NCBI GenBank assembly: GCA_963721405.1
Contig: CAVRJA010000002.1
Coordinates: forward strand, 115,580 to 179,579
Source: an uncultured Acidobacteriota bacterium
GTDB taxonomy: Bacteria > Acidobacteriota > UBA6911
Direction of reading: 5' to 3'
DNA length: 64,000 nucleotides
Shown here: one piece after another, positions 45,125 to 53,964 of the stretch
Layout: each line of letters begins with the position of its first letter
Position numbering within the stretch: position 1 is the stretch's first letter
Position numbers and translations under genes: made by a program
Notes under the pieces: model-generated
The model's database searches: none
The model's input: the letters and a program-made list of their open reading frames with translations, nothing else
What the model was told of the DNA's origin: nothing

Positions 45125-46447
45125 ATGTCAAAAAGAAGATTCGTGTTGTTTTTGGTGTTGGCCGCCCTTGCCCCGCAGGGCCTTCAGGCTCAGAATTCCG
45201 GCAAGCTCGCCCTGATTTTCAGAAACATCTACGGGCCGAAAGGCTTGGTCGTCGATAGCGAGGCGACGCTGCCCGACGGCTCGACTCACTCGGCCCACTT
45301 CAACAGCGGGTTTCAGTCGGAGTTCACCCAATTCAACCTCGCCATGGCCAGCCAGCTCACGGCCCTCCCCGTTCCTTCGCCCGCTTCGGGCTTCACCTAC
45401 ACCTTCGACACTTCGACCGGCACCTTCAAGCGCTCGACCCAGAGTTTCGGACCTATTCTTGCCGATCGAGCCGAGACCATCGGGCAAGGAAGGTTCGCCG
45501 TCGGGCTGAATTACCAGCAGTTCACATTCAATTCAGTCGAGGGGATCGACCTGTCACGCGTGCCGGCGGTCTTCAAACACGATGATTTCGAGTTGGGTGG
45601 CGGGCGCGCCGACGTTGTCACCACAAACAACTCAATCGAAGCCGGCGTAGCGCAGATCACGCCGTTCCTGACCTTCGGCGTCACCAACCGCATCGATGTT
45701 TCCGTCGCCGTTCCGATCGTCCACACCCGGCTGAGCGTGGTTTCAGACGCGACCATTCAGCGCATCGGGACCGCCGACAATCCGCTGGTGCACTTTTTCC
45801 AGGACCCGTCGGCGCCGAACGGCATTGGCTCGCAACGCGAGTTCGTCGCCGCCGGAAGCGCTTCCGGCCTGGGGGACATCATCGTGCGCATCAAGGGAAC
45901 GGTTCTGAAGCAGGGAGGGGTCGGGCTCGCCCTCGGAACGGACGTGCGCGCTCCCTCGGGAGACGAAAAAAATCTGCTGGGATCCGGCGCCGTCGGGATC
46001 AAGCCATTCATGGCCTTGTCCATGGTCATCAAGCACGTCTCCCCCCACATCAATGCCTCGTATCAGTGGAACGGCCGCAGCGAACTCGCAGGCGACATCA
46101 AGACCGGCGCCAAAGCCGACCTGCCCGATCAAGTGCAGTACGTCGCGGGGGCCGATTTCGGCATCAACCGGAAGATGACGCTGGCGCTCGACTTCTTCGG
46201 GCTGACGGTCCTCCACTCCCCCAGGCTGTTTCCAAACACCTTCACCGCCGTGGGGCCGACGGAAAGCGTGACCTTTCAGGACATCGGCTTCCGGAAGGAT
46301 ACCTTTACGCAGGCATACGGGTCCGCAGGGATCAAGACCAACGTGGGGGGAAGCATCCTCGTCAGCTTTAATTTGCGCTACGGCCTCAATCACGCGGGAC
46401 TTCGCGACAAGGTGACTCCGCTGATCGGCATCGAATACGGATTCTAG
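45125..46447 (+). CDS. Outer-membrane beta-barrel protein, family not recognised
   Basis: Signal peptide FVLFLVLAALAPQGLQAQ, a beta-strand-rich sequence, and the C-terminal IGIEYGF. Confidence 0.7.
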   Translation: MSKRRFVLFLVLAALAPQGLQAQNSGKLALIFRNIYGPKGLVVDSEATLPDGSTHSAHFNSGFQSEFTQFNLAMASQLTALPVPSPASGFTYTFDTSTGTFKRSTQSFGPILADRAETIGQGRFAVGLNYQQFTFNSVEGIDLSRVPAVFKHDDFELGGGRADVVTTNNSIEAGVAQITPFLTFGVTNRIDVSVAVPIVHTRLSVVSDATIQRIGTADNPLVHFFQDPSAPNGIGSQREFVAAGSASGLGDIIVRIKGTVLKQGGVGLALGTDVRAPSGDEKNLLGSGAVGIKPFMALSMVIKHVSPHINASYQWNGRSELAGDIKTGAKADLPDQVQYVAGADFGINRKMTLALDFFGLTVLHSPRLFPNTFTAVGPTESVTFQDIGFRKDTFTQAYGSAGIKTNVGGSILVSFNLRYGLNHAGLRDKVTPLIGIEYGF

Positions 46448-46801
46448 ATCCCGGGCGGCAGTGCGCCTCCGTCCCTGGCGACCGCGCTGTGATCCCGCCG
46501 CACGAGGCACTGTTCCGGAATCAGCAGTCGCGGTCTGTTTGTAGACCGGGCTGAAGCCCGCGGCCACAGGAATGGTTTGCGCCTGGCGGAAGATTCATCG
46601 AGCTTTGGGCGTTAGCCTGCCCGGATTGATCGATCGCTTCCACTGTAACTGCTAATTTTTTTTACATCAGGGCGATTCCATTGAGCAGCAAAGGTTTAGT
46701 TGCTGACTGCTAAATATTTGTACACCCGATCACCGAAGGCCCGTTCGTGACCATTCGTGTTATTTGTTTGTGATGGAAGCATTTATGGAGTTGGCGCGCA
46801 A

Positions 46802-46817
46802 TGGCACGGAAGATGCT
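46802..46817 (+). promoter_or_regulatory. Sigma-54-type -24/-12 promoter candidate
   Basis: TGGCAC-ggaag-ATGCT has canonical GG-N10-GC spacing. It lies 70 nt upstream of ATG 46887 and just downstream of an AT-rich stretch. Confidence 0.4.
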
Positions 46818-46886
46818 TATAGGCTATTGGACAAATCGAAGGAAAAACGAGATCGACAACCGGCACAGGTAAAAGGGGAACCGAGG

Positions 46887-47888
46887 ATGAGCACTCAACC
46901 AAGAGTTTTGATCGTGGACGACGAAGCAGCCCTGCGCAGGCAACTGATGGTGGGACTGGCCCAGCATGGGTACGAAGTGGACGAGTGTGAGGAAGGGCTT
47001 TCCGCGCTCACGAAGATCAAGGCGGCTGAAGCGAAGCAGAAACCGTTCTCCTGTGTGATTCTGGATGTCCGGCTCCCGGATATAGACGGAATAAAGATCC
47101 TATCGGTCATCCGAGCCGCCTACGCCGATCTCCCGGTGGTGGTCATTACGGGGTTTGGCACGCGGGACATGATGGACACGGTCCAGAATCAAGGCGGCAG
47201 CGTATACCTCGACAAGCCGTTTGGCATGGACACCCTGGTATCGCTGCTCGACCGCTTTGAGGAAAAGGCGGAGGGGAGGGCAAAGCCCAGGCCTGACGCC
47301 GAACCGCAGACGCCGACAAGCGCGCTGGTATTCGTCCGCGGGGAGAAGGAGGCGGATCTGTCCGAGATTTACTCCAAGCTCTGTTTTGCCGATGGAGTGT
47401 GTTATTGTGACCCGGTGCTCGGCGAATGGGACCTGGTTCTGCTCGTGCAGGCCCCGAACCGCAAGAGCATCGAACAGATCGTTCATCGTCACCTGAGATC
47501 CGTGAAGGACGTGGAAGCCTTCGAAATCCACTATTGCGAGAAGCCGGTGATTTCGAAAGAGCTCGAGGAATTCATCCATGATTATGAGAAAGTGCAGGCC
47601 ATGGAAAATGCGGATGGCGGGACGATGGACGGGCGGAACGTGCGCATGCTCACTTCGTATGCCATTCTCGACGTGGATCCTGCCAGGCTGTCGAGCCTGT
47701 ACATGAAGCTCAAGTTTACGGACAACGTCGTTCACTGCGACGTGACCGACGGCGGCAATCAGATTGTCCTGCTCTTGCAGGGGATCTCGGCACAGGAGAT
47801 CCAGTCGGCCGTTCGAAACGAGATCCGCATGATTCCTGGGGTGCTCCGCATCAAGCAGCTCAGCGCCCTGAATTTCTCAACCAAATAA
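46887..47888 (+). CDS. Response regulator with a REC domain followed by two Lrp/AsnC-type RAM (ligand-binding) domains and no DNA-binding domain
   Basis: REC: VLIVDDEAALR...ILDVRLPDIDG...VVVITGFG...YLDKPF. Then two units of about 75 aa: ALVFVRGEKEADLSEIYSKLCFADGVCYCDPVLGEWDLVLLVQAPN...VKDVEAFEIHY and YAILDVDPARLSSLYMKLKFTDNVVHCDVTDGGNQIVLLLQGIS...IPGVLRIKQL. Confidence 0.75.
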   Translation: MSTQPRVLIVDDEAALRRQLMVGLAQHGYEVDECEEGLSALTKIKAAEAKQKPFSCVILDVRLPDIDGIKILSVIRAAYADLPVVVITGFGTRDMMDTVQNQGGSVYLDKPFGMDTLVSLLDRFEEKAEGRAKPRPDAEPQTPTSALVFVRGEKEADLSEIYSKLCFADGVCYCDPVLGEWDLVLLVQAPNRKSIEQIVHRHLRSVKDVEAFEIHYCEKPVISKELEEFIHDYEKVQAMENADGGTMDGRNVRMLTSYAILDVDPARLSSLYMKLKFTDNVVHCDVTDGGNQIVLLLQGISAQEIQSAVRNEIRMIPGVLRIKQLSALNFSTK

Positions 47889-47906
47889 CCCCAGGACAGC
47901 GAGTTC

Positions 47907-48461
47907 ATGAATCAGCCAGAACGTGAATCCAGCAGAGTAGCGCCAGCCGCATTCGCCCGAATGCTGTGGCGGCATCGCGGTGAGCCTGGGATGCTCATTC
48001 CGCTTCTGCAGGCGGCCCAGGACAGCTATGGTTTTGTTCCCCCGCTTGCCATCGAGCAGATCTCGGACGCAACCGGAATTCCCACGGCGGAGATATACGG
48101 CGTCATCACGTTCTACAAGCAGTTCCGCTTGAAGCCTCTCGGCCGGCACATCATCCGGCAGTGCAAAGGGACGGCTTGCCATGTGGTCGGCGCGGAGACG
48201 ATCGGCCAGGTGCTGGCAGACGAGCTTCATGCCGCTCCCGACGAAACGACGGAGGACGGGCTCTTTACGTACCTGGTGGTGGCTTGTTTGGGATGCTGCA
48301 GTCTGGCGCCCGCCCTGATGATCGATGATCAGACTTACGGCCGCCTGACCCCACAGAAGGTGCGCAAGCTGATTCGCCAGTATCGCCGGGATGCCGCCAG
48401 GGCTGCCGAACGGCCGCCCTCGAAAGCGGCGGCGTCCATCGGAGCCGTCCCGGAGGCTTAA
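47907..48461 (+). CDS. NuoE/HoxE-like [2Fe-2S] subunit
   Basis: LIPLLQAAQDSYGFVP...EIYGVITFYKQF...CKGTACHVVG...VACLGCCSLAPALMID. Confidence 0.9.
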   Translation: MNQPERESSRVAPAAFARMLWRHRGEPGMLIPLLQAAQDSYGFVPPLAIEQISDATGIPTAEIYGVITFYKQFRLKPLGRHIIRQCKGTACHVVGAETIGQVLADELHAAPDETTEDGLFTYLVVACLGCCSLAPALMIDDQTYGRLTPQKVRKLIRQYRRDAARAAERPPSKAAASIGAVPEA

Positions 48462-48473
48462 GCGGAGGGTTTT

Positions 48474-50222
48474 ATGCAGGAAGTGTTGGTCGGACTCGGT
48501 TCGTGCGGCCTCGCCGCCGGCGGCCTGAAGGTGTACCAGCGGTTCGCGGAGCTGCTCGAACCCGACAAGAGCCGAGCCATCCTCAAGAAAACCGGCTGCA
48601 TCGGCATGTGCTACGCCGAAGTCCTCGTCGAAGTGAGAGACGGGAGCGGCGGCAGCACACTCTACGGCAATATTTCTCCCGAAAGAGTCGGCCGCATCGT
48701 CGAAGATCACCTCAAGAAGGGGAAGGTGGTCTCCGAGTGGGTGACGGACGCGGCGGTGTCGACGGCCAGGCAAAGGCGTGTGGTGCTGCGCAACTGCGGC
48801 ATCATCGACCCGGACAGTCTCGACGAGTATCTTGCGCGTGAGGGCTATCAGGCGCTGCAGAAGGTGCTCTCGGAGATGACCCCTGCGGATGTCGTCGCAG
48901 TTATCGCCGGCTCGGGTCTCAGGGGCCGGGGTGGCGCCGGTTTCCCCACAGGCACGAAATGGCGTTTGGCCGCCGCCGCAAAGGACGCGCACAAGTATGT
49001 CATCTGCAACGCCGACGAAGGGGATCCGGGCGCATTCATGGACCGGAGCGTCCTGGAGGGGGACCCGCATTCGGTGCTCGAGGGCATGGCGATCGCAGCA
49101 TATGCGATCGGCGCGGACACCGGCTATATCTATGTCAGGGCCGAGTACCCCGAAGCGGTGAAGCGGCTCCGACACTCCATCGCGCAGGCGACGGCGCGCG
49201 GCTACCTCGGCAGCAACATCCTGGGGAAGGGGTTCCATTTCAACGTAAAGCTCAAGGAAGGCGCCGGCGCGTTCGTCTGCGGCGAGGAAACCGCGCTGAT
49301 CGCCTCGGTGGAGGGCCGGCGCGGCATGCCGAAGGTGCGGCCCCCGTTCCCCGTCGAATCCGGCCTCTGGGGCCATCCCACATGCATCAACAACGTCGAA
49401 ACGCTCGCCAATGTCGCCTGGATCATCCTGCACGGCGCCGAGGCGTTCAACGCCTGCGGCACCGCCGGTTCCAAGGGGACCAAGGTGTTTGCCCTCGCCG
49501 GCAAGGTCAAGAGAGGCGGCCTGGTCGAAGTCCCCATGGGGATGACCATCAACGAGGTCATCTACGAGATCGGCGGCGGCACACTGCTGGGAGGAGAGTT
49601 TAAGGCGGTGCAGATGGGAGGCCCATCGGGCGGCTGCATCCCGGCCTCACTGGGCAACACACCGGTCGATTATGAGCAGATCACCGCCACCGGCGCCATC
49701 ATGGGATCAGGCGGCATGGTGGTCATGGACGAGACCACCTGCATGGTGGACGTGGCGCGGTTCTTCCTCTCATTCACCCAGAACGAGTCGTGCGGGAAAT
49801 GCACTTTCTGCCGTGTCGGAACAAAACGGATGCTGGAAATCCTCGAGCGCATCTGCACCGGCAAAGGGAAGCCGGAAGATGTCGCCATGCTTTCCGAGCT
49901 TGGAGAACAGATCAAATCGAGTTCCCTGTGCGGACTGGGGCAGACTGCGCCCAATCCCGTGCTGACGACGCTCCGCTACTTTCTGCACGAGTACGACGCG
50001 CACATCAAGGACAAGAAGTGCCCCGCCAAATCATGCCTCACCCTCGTCGAGTTCTCCATCATCGCCGATGCCTGTTCCGGCTGCGGGCTCTGCCTCGCGG
50101 CATGCGATGTGGGCGCGATCACCGGCGAGAAGAAAGCGGCACACCGGATTGACGCCCTGAAGTGCATCCGCTGCGGCAAGTGCATCACGGTCTGCAACCA
50201 GGGCGCGATTGAAAAGCGATAA
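48474..50222 (+). CDS. NuoF/HydB-like FMN/NADH-binding subunit with an N-terminal thioredoxin-like [2Fe-2S] domain and a C-terminal 2x[4Fe-4S] ferredoxin domain
   Basis: RBS GGAGGG. GRGGAGFPTGTKW, NADEGDPGAF, ESCGKCTFCRVG, then CSGCGLCLAAC...CIRCGKCITVC. Confidence 0.9.
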   Translation: MQEVLVGLGSCGLAAGGLKVYQRFAELLEPDKSRAILKKTGCIGMCYAEVLVEVRDGSGGSTLYGNISPERVGRIVEDHLKKGKVVSEWVTDAAVSTARQRRVVLRNCGIIDPDSLDEYLAREGYQALQKVLSEMTPADVVAVIAGSGLRGRGGAGFPTGTKWRLAAAAKDAHKYVICNADEGDPGAFMDRSVLEGDPHSVLEGMAIAAYAIGADTGYIYVRAEYPEAVKRLRHSIAQATARGYLGSNILGKGFHFNVKLKEGAGAFVCGEETALIASVEGRRGMPKVRPPFPVESGLWGHPTCINNVETLANVAWIILHGAEAFNACGTAGSKGTKVFALAGKVKRGGLVEVPMGMTINEVIYEIGGGTLLGGEFKAVQMGGPSGGCIPASLGNTPVDYEQITATGAIMGSGGMVVMDETTCMVDVARFFLSFTQNESCGKCTFCRVGTKRMLEILERICTGKGKPEDVAMLSELGEQIKSSSLCGLGQTAPNPVLTTLRYFLHEYDAHIKDKKCPAKSCLTLVEFSIIADACSGCGLCLAACDVGAITGEKKAAHRIDALKCIRCGKCITVCNQGAIEKR

Positions 50223-50232
50223 AGGAATCGAG

Positions 50233-53200
50233 ATGTCCACGCAGGCAGCCACCGATCGAACATCCCTCTCCGTCGAACTTCTCATCAACGGGAGAAGCGT
50301 ATCCGCGAAACCCGGCCAGACCATCCTCGAGGTGGTCCGCGATCAGGATCTCGATGAGATTCCCACTCTCTGCTACGATCCCAAGCTCGAGCCTTACGGT
50401 TCCTGCTTCCTGTGCGTCGTGGAGGTGAAGGGCGCGCCGCGCCTTCTTCCGGCTTGCGTCACCAGAATCAGGGACGGCATGGAGGTCACGACACGGAATG
50501 AAAGAGTCGTCAACGCGCGCAAGACGGCGCTCGAACTCCTGTTGTCGGATCACTACGCCGACTGTGTTTGTCCCGGCCAGCGCTCCTGTCCGGCACACGT
50601 GGACATCCAGGGGTATCTGAGCCTGGCGAGGCTCGGCTATTACAAGGAAGCGCTCGATTTGGTCAAGGAGCGCAACCCGCTCCCGGTCGTCTGCGGCCGG
50701 GTCTGCGTGCGAAAGTGCGAGGTGTCCTGTCTTCGTAACAACGTGGACGAGCCGGTCGGGATCAACTTCGTCAAGCGCTTCATCTCGGAAAACGCGGAGA
50801 CGGTGACGGAGAAACCGAAGGATGCGCCGTCTACCGGAAAACGCGTGGCCGTCATCGGGGGAGGTCCCGCCGGGCTCACCTGCGCCAATTACCTCGCCCT
50901 GCGCGGGCACGAGGTCACGATCTACGAGTCGCTGCCCCGGCTCGGGGGCATGCTGCGATACGGCATCCCGGAGTACAGGCTCCCCCGCACGGAATTGGAT
51001 GAAGAGATCCGCGGGATCCTCGACCTGGGAGTCAGGGTGCGGACGTCGACGGCCCTGGGCAGGGATTTCACGATCGAGCAGCTGGTCGAGCAGGAGAAAT
51101 ACGACTCGGTGTTTGTCGCCCTCGGAGCTCCTCTAGGGAAAAAGATGGGGATCAAGGGGGAGGACGAAGTGGAGGGCGCCAGCCCGGCGCTCGATTTTCT
51201 GCGCGATTGCGATCTCTACGGCCCGCCGGCCCTGAAGGGCAAAGTGGCCGTCGTAGGGGGCGGAAACTCCGCGATCGATGCGGCTCGCACCGCGCTCCGC
51301 TGCGGGGCGGAGGAAGTGACGATCCTGTATCGCCGCACCCGCAAGGAAATGCCCGCCCACCACGAAGAAGTCGACGCCGCTGAAATGGAAGGCGTCAGGC
51401 TCGAACTGCTTGTCGCCCCGCTCGAAATCCTGGCGGAAAACGGTCGCCTCAGGGGCCTCCGCTGCCAGCGCATGGAGCTTGGCGAGCCCGACTCGAGCGG
51501 TCGGCGCAAACCGGTGCCGATCGAGGGTGCGGTCACGGACTTCGCCTGCGACTACCTGTTCGCCGCCATCGGCCAGGACACCGATCTCAGGGTGCTGCAG
51601 GACGAGCCCGAGCAGCTGCGCCCCAGGTTGAGCCGCTGGTCCACACTCGAGTCCGACCCGGCGACCATGGTCACCAGCGTGAAGGGGGTGTTCGCGGGCG
51701 GAGACGTCGTGCTGGGCCCGTCCGCCGTGATCGACGCCATCGCCCATGGCCGCACTGCAGCCGAAGCCATCGACGGCTTCCTGCGGACAGGGGAGGCGCA
51801 GCCGCCCCCGCCGGAGTTTAAAAGCCGGCGTGATTTCTTCGGCGACATCCCGGAATGGGCGTTCGAAGAAGTGGAGCGCAGAAAGCGCAGTGTCATGCCC
51901 GAACGCGAGGCATCGGAGCGCGTGCATGACTTTTGCCAGGTTGAAACCGGACTGGATGAATTCCAAACAAAGGACGAGGCGTTCCGTTGCATGGAGTGCG
52001 GTTGCAAGTCGGTATTCGGATGCGACCTCAAGCGATATGCGGCCGAGTACAACGTCGACATCGCCCGTTTTGCCGGGGAAGTGCGGCGGCATCGGGTCGA
52101 CCACAGCCACCCGCTGATCACCCTCGACCCGAACAAGTGCATCCTCTGCGGACGGTGCATCCGGACATGCGCAGACATCGTCGGCCTGGCGGTTCTCGGC
52201 TTCGTGGGCCGCGGATTTGCCACGACGGTGAGGCCGGCACTCGGCAAGCCGCTTGCGGAAAGCGCCTGCATCTCCTGCGGCGCCTGCGTGGAGAGCTGCC
52301 CGACCGGCGCGCTCGAAGCCAGGCTCCCCTGCGGCCGGCAGGGCCCCTGGAAGACCCGCCAAGTACCTTCGGTCTGCTCCTTCTGCTCCGTCGGTTGCGA
52401 GATGGATCTCAATGTGGTGGCGGACGGTCTTCTCTGGGCAACCTCCCCAGGGAGCTTCATTCCGGCGCGAGGCGAGCTTTGCGTGAAGGGCCGGTTCGGC
52501 ACCGGGCTCGTTCAAGGGACGGACCGGCTGAACAAGCCACTTGTCAGGAAGGGCGGGCAACTGGTCGAAGTCGAATGGGATGAGGCAATCCAGACAGGCG
52601 TCCGGCTACTCCGGCAGCAACAGGAAAAGCACGGCCCTGATTCCGTCGCCGTGGTCGCGGCGCCGCGCATGACGCTGGAGGATGCGCTGCTGTTGAGCCA
52701 CCTGGCCACGACCGCGCTCGGCGCCGGCCAGGTAGGAAGCTTCGGGCAGAACCGGCGGGGCGGGCCCCGACACGACCTCGACAGCATCCTCGGCGAAACC
52801 GCGTCCACCTGCACGCAGGATGACATCGGCAAGGCCGACCTGATTCTCATAGCGGGCGCCGACCCGAGCGTAAGCCATCCGGTTCTCGGAATGGCGATCC
52901 GGCGCGCGGCGAAGCGGGGTGCCGAAATCATCTCCGTCAACTCGAGTCAAATCGACCTGGTGCGGCCCGGGGACCTCTGGCTCGATGCCCGGCGCGGCAC
53001 GGCGGGTATCATCTTCGCATCCGTGCTGAACCACCTTTTGAAAAGCGGCAGTGGCAACACTAAGGCCGTTCCACAGGGGGATCTCGAAGCCCTTAGAGTT
53101 TCCGTCGCCCCTGCCACGCTGGCCGAGGCAGCCGGCCAGGCCGGCGTTTCCGCAGCCAAAATCGAGGCCTGTGCCGAAAAAATAACGGCCGCGAAGCGGG

Positions 53201-53907
53201 TCGTTGCCGTCTACGACCTGGACGACACTCTCGAAAGGGCCACGGACGATCTCAAGGCTCTGGCGCAAGTCCTGATCCTCACCGGTCATATCGGGAAGGA
53301 GGGTGAGGGCCTGCTGCTCCTGCAGTCGGACTGCAACAGCGAAGGGGCACGATTGGCGGGCATAAACAACCGCCTGAGGGTGGATCAGATTCGAGGGGCC
53401 CTGGTGATGTTTGAAAACCCGTATGGTGACTACCGCGCGGTCCAAGAACTCGCGAATGTTGCGTCCCTCGTGGTGATCGATCACTTCCTCACGGAAACAG
53501 CGCGCGCGGCCGACGTGGTCCTTCCGGCGGCCACGATCGCCGAGTCGGAGGGAACGTTGGTGAGCTTCGACGGGAAATTCGGCTGCGTCAACAAGGCCGG
53601 AATACCGGCATCGGGCCTGTCGACGGCCGACGTCCTGGCCCGGATCTGCCGGGAGTTGGGGCACCCCGTCGAATCCACGGATCCTGCCCGCATACGGAGC
53701 GGCTTCGCCTCGTCGCTGGGAATCCCGGCGCCCGAAATCGAGCGGGCGCGCAGCATGAGTCTGCCCCTGCCGCGCAAACCCGCGGCGGCACTTGCGCTGG
53801 CTCCGGTTCGACTCGACGCGGCCTCCTCCGTGGCCAACGTTTTCCCCTACGCGTCCCTGGATGCCATTCTTGACAGAAAGCTCGAAACGTTGAGCCTTGT
53901 GAGATAA
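50233..53907 (+). CDS. 1224-aa fusion: [2Fe-2S] ferredoxin domain, GltD-like NAD(P)H/FAD oxidoreductase module, NuoG-type [4Fe-4S] domains, then a cofactor-less-looking molybdopterin-oxidoreductase (MopB) domain
   Basis: The N-terminus is IPTLCYDPKLEPYGSCFLCVVEV. GltD part: CPAHVDIQGY...PLPVVCGRVCVRKCEVSC, VAVIGGGPAGLTCANYL...GGMLRYGIPEYRLP, VAVVGGGNSAIDAAR. NuoG part: CILCGRCIRTC, CISCGACVESCPTGAL, CSFCSVGCEMD, LCVKGRFG. Confidence 0.85.
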   Translation: MSTQAATDRTSLSVELLINGRSVSAKPGQTILEVVRDQDLDEIPTLCYDPKLEPYGSCFLCVVEVKGAPRLLPACVTRIRDGMEVTTRNERVVNARKTALELLLSDHYADCVCPGQRSCPAHVDIQGYLSLARLGYYKEALDLVKERNPLPVVCGRVCVRKCEVSCLRNNVDEPVGINFVKRFISENAETVTEKPKDAPSTGKRVAVIGGGPAGLTCANYLALRGHEVTIYESLPRLGGMLRYGIPEYRLPRTELDEEIRGILDLGVRVRTSTALGRDFTIEQLVEQEKYDSVFVALGAPLGKKMGIKGEDEVEGASPALDFLRDCDLYGPPALKGKVAVVGGGNSAIDAARTALRCGAEEVTILYRRTRKEMPAHHEEVDAAEMEGVRLELLVAPLEILAENGRLRGLRCQRMELGEPDSSGRRKPVPIEGAVTDFACDYLFAAIGQDTDLRVLQDEPEQLRPRLSRWSTLESDPATMVTSVKGVFAGGDVVLGPSAVIDAIAHGRTAAEAIDGFLRTGEAQPPPPEFKSRRDFFGDIPEWAFEEVERRKRSVMPEREASERVHDFCQVETGLDEFQTKDEAFRCMECGCKSVFGCDLKRYAAEYNVDIARFAGEVRRHRVDHSHPLITLDPNKCILCGRCIRTCADIVGLAVLGFVGRGFATTVRPALGKPLAESACISCGACVESCPTGALEARLPCGRQGPWKTRQVPSVCSFCSVGCEMDLNVVADGLLWATSPGSFIPARGELCVKGRFGTGLVQGTDRLNKPLVRKGGQLVEVEWDEAIQTGVRLLRQQQEKHGPDSVAVVAAPRMTLEDALLLSHLATTALGAGQVGSFGQNRRGGPRHDLDSILGETASTCTQDDIGKADLILIAGADPSVSHPVLGMAIRRAAKRGAEIISVNSSQIDLVRPGDLWLDARRGTAGIIFASVLNHLLKSGSGNTKAVPQGDLEALRVSVAPATLAEAAGQAGVSAAKIEACAEKITAAKRVVAVYDLDDTLERATDDLKALAQVLILTGHIGKEGEGLLLLQSDCNSEGARLAGINNRLRVDQIRGALVMFENPYGDYRAVQELANVASLVVIDHFLTETARAADVVLPAATIAESEGTLVSFDGKFGCVNKAGIPASGLSTADVLARICRELGHPVESTDPARIRSGFASSLGIPAPEIERARSMSLPLPRKPAAALALAPVRLDAASSVANVFPYASLDAILDRKLETLSLVR

Positions 53908-53964
53908 CGGTCGAGCCCGGGTCGAGGATCGGGTAGTATTGGGCGCGAGAGGAAGACTTACTCT

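Noticed and set aside
47877-49433. 518-aa minus-strand ORF. The same applies to 51133-52560, 52606-53664, 55395-56690 and 59138-61090.
   Set aside because: All are antisense to genes with unambiguous motifs (NuoE/F-like, GltD/NuoG fusion, NtrC-like regulator, activase fusion). They are Arg/Gly/Pro-rich with no signatures.
52350-53907. Formate-dehydrogenase-type active site or selenocysteine in the MopB domain of the 1224-aa fusion
   Set aside because: There is no in-frame TGA and no Cys-His at the position corresponding to the Mo ligand. The C-terminal cap domain is absent. I therefore call it NuoG-like rather than a formate dehydrogenase.
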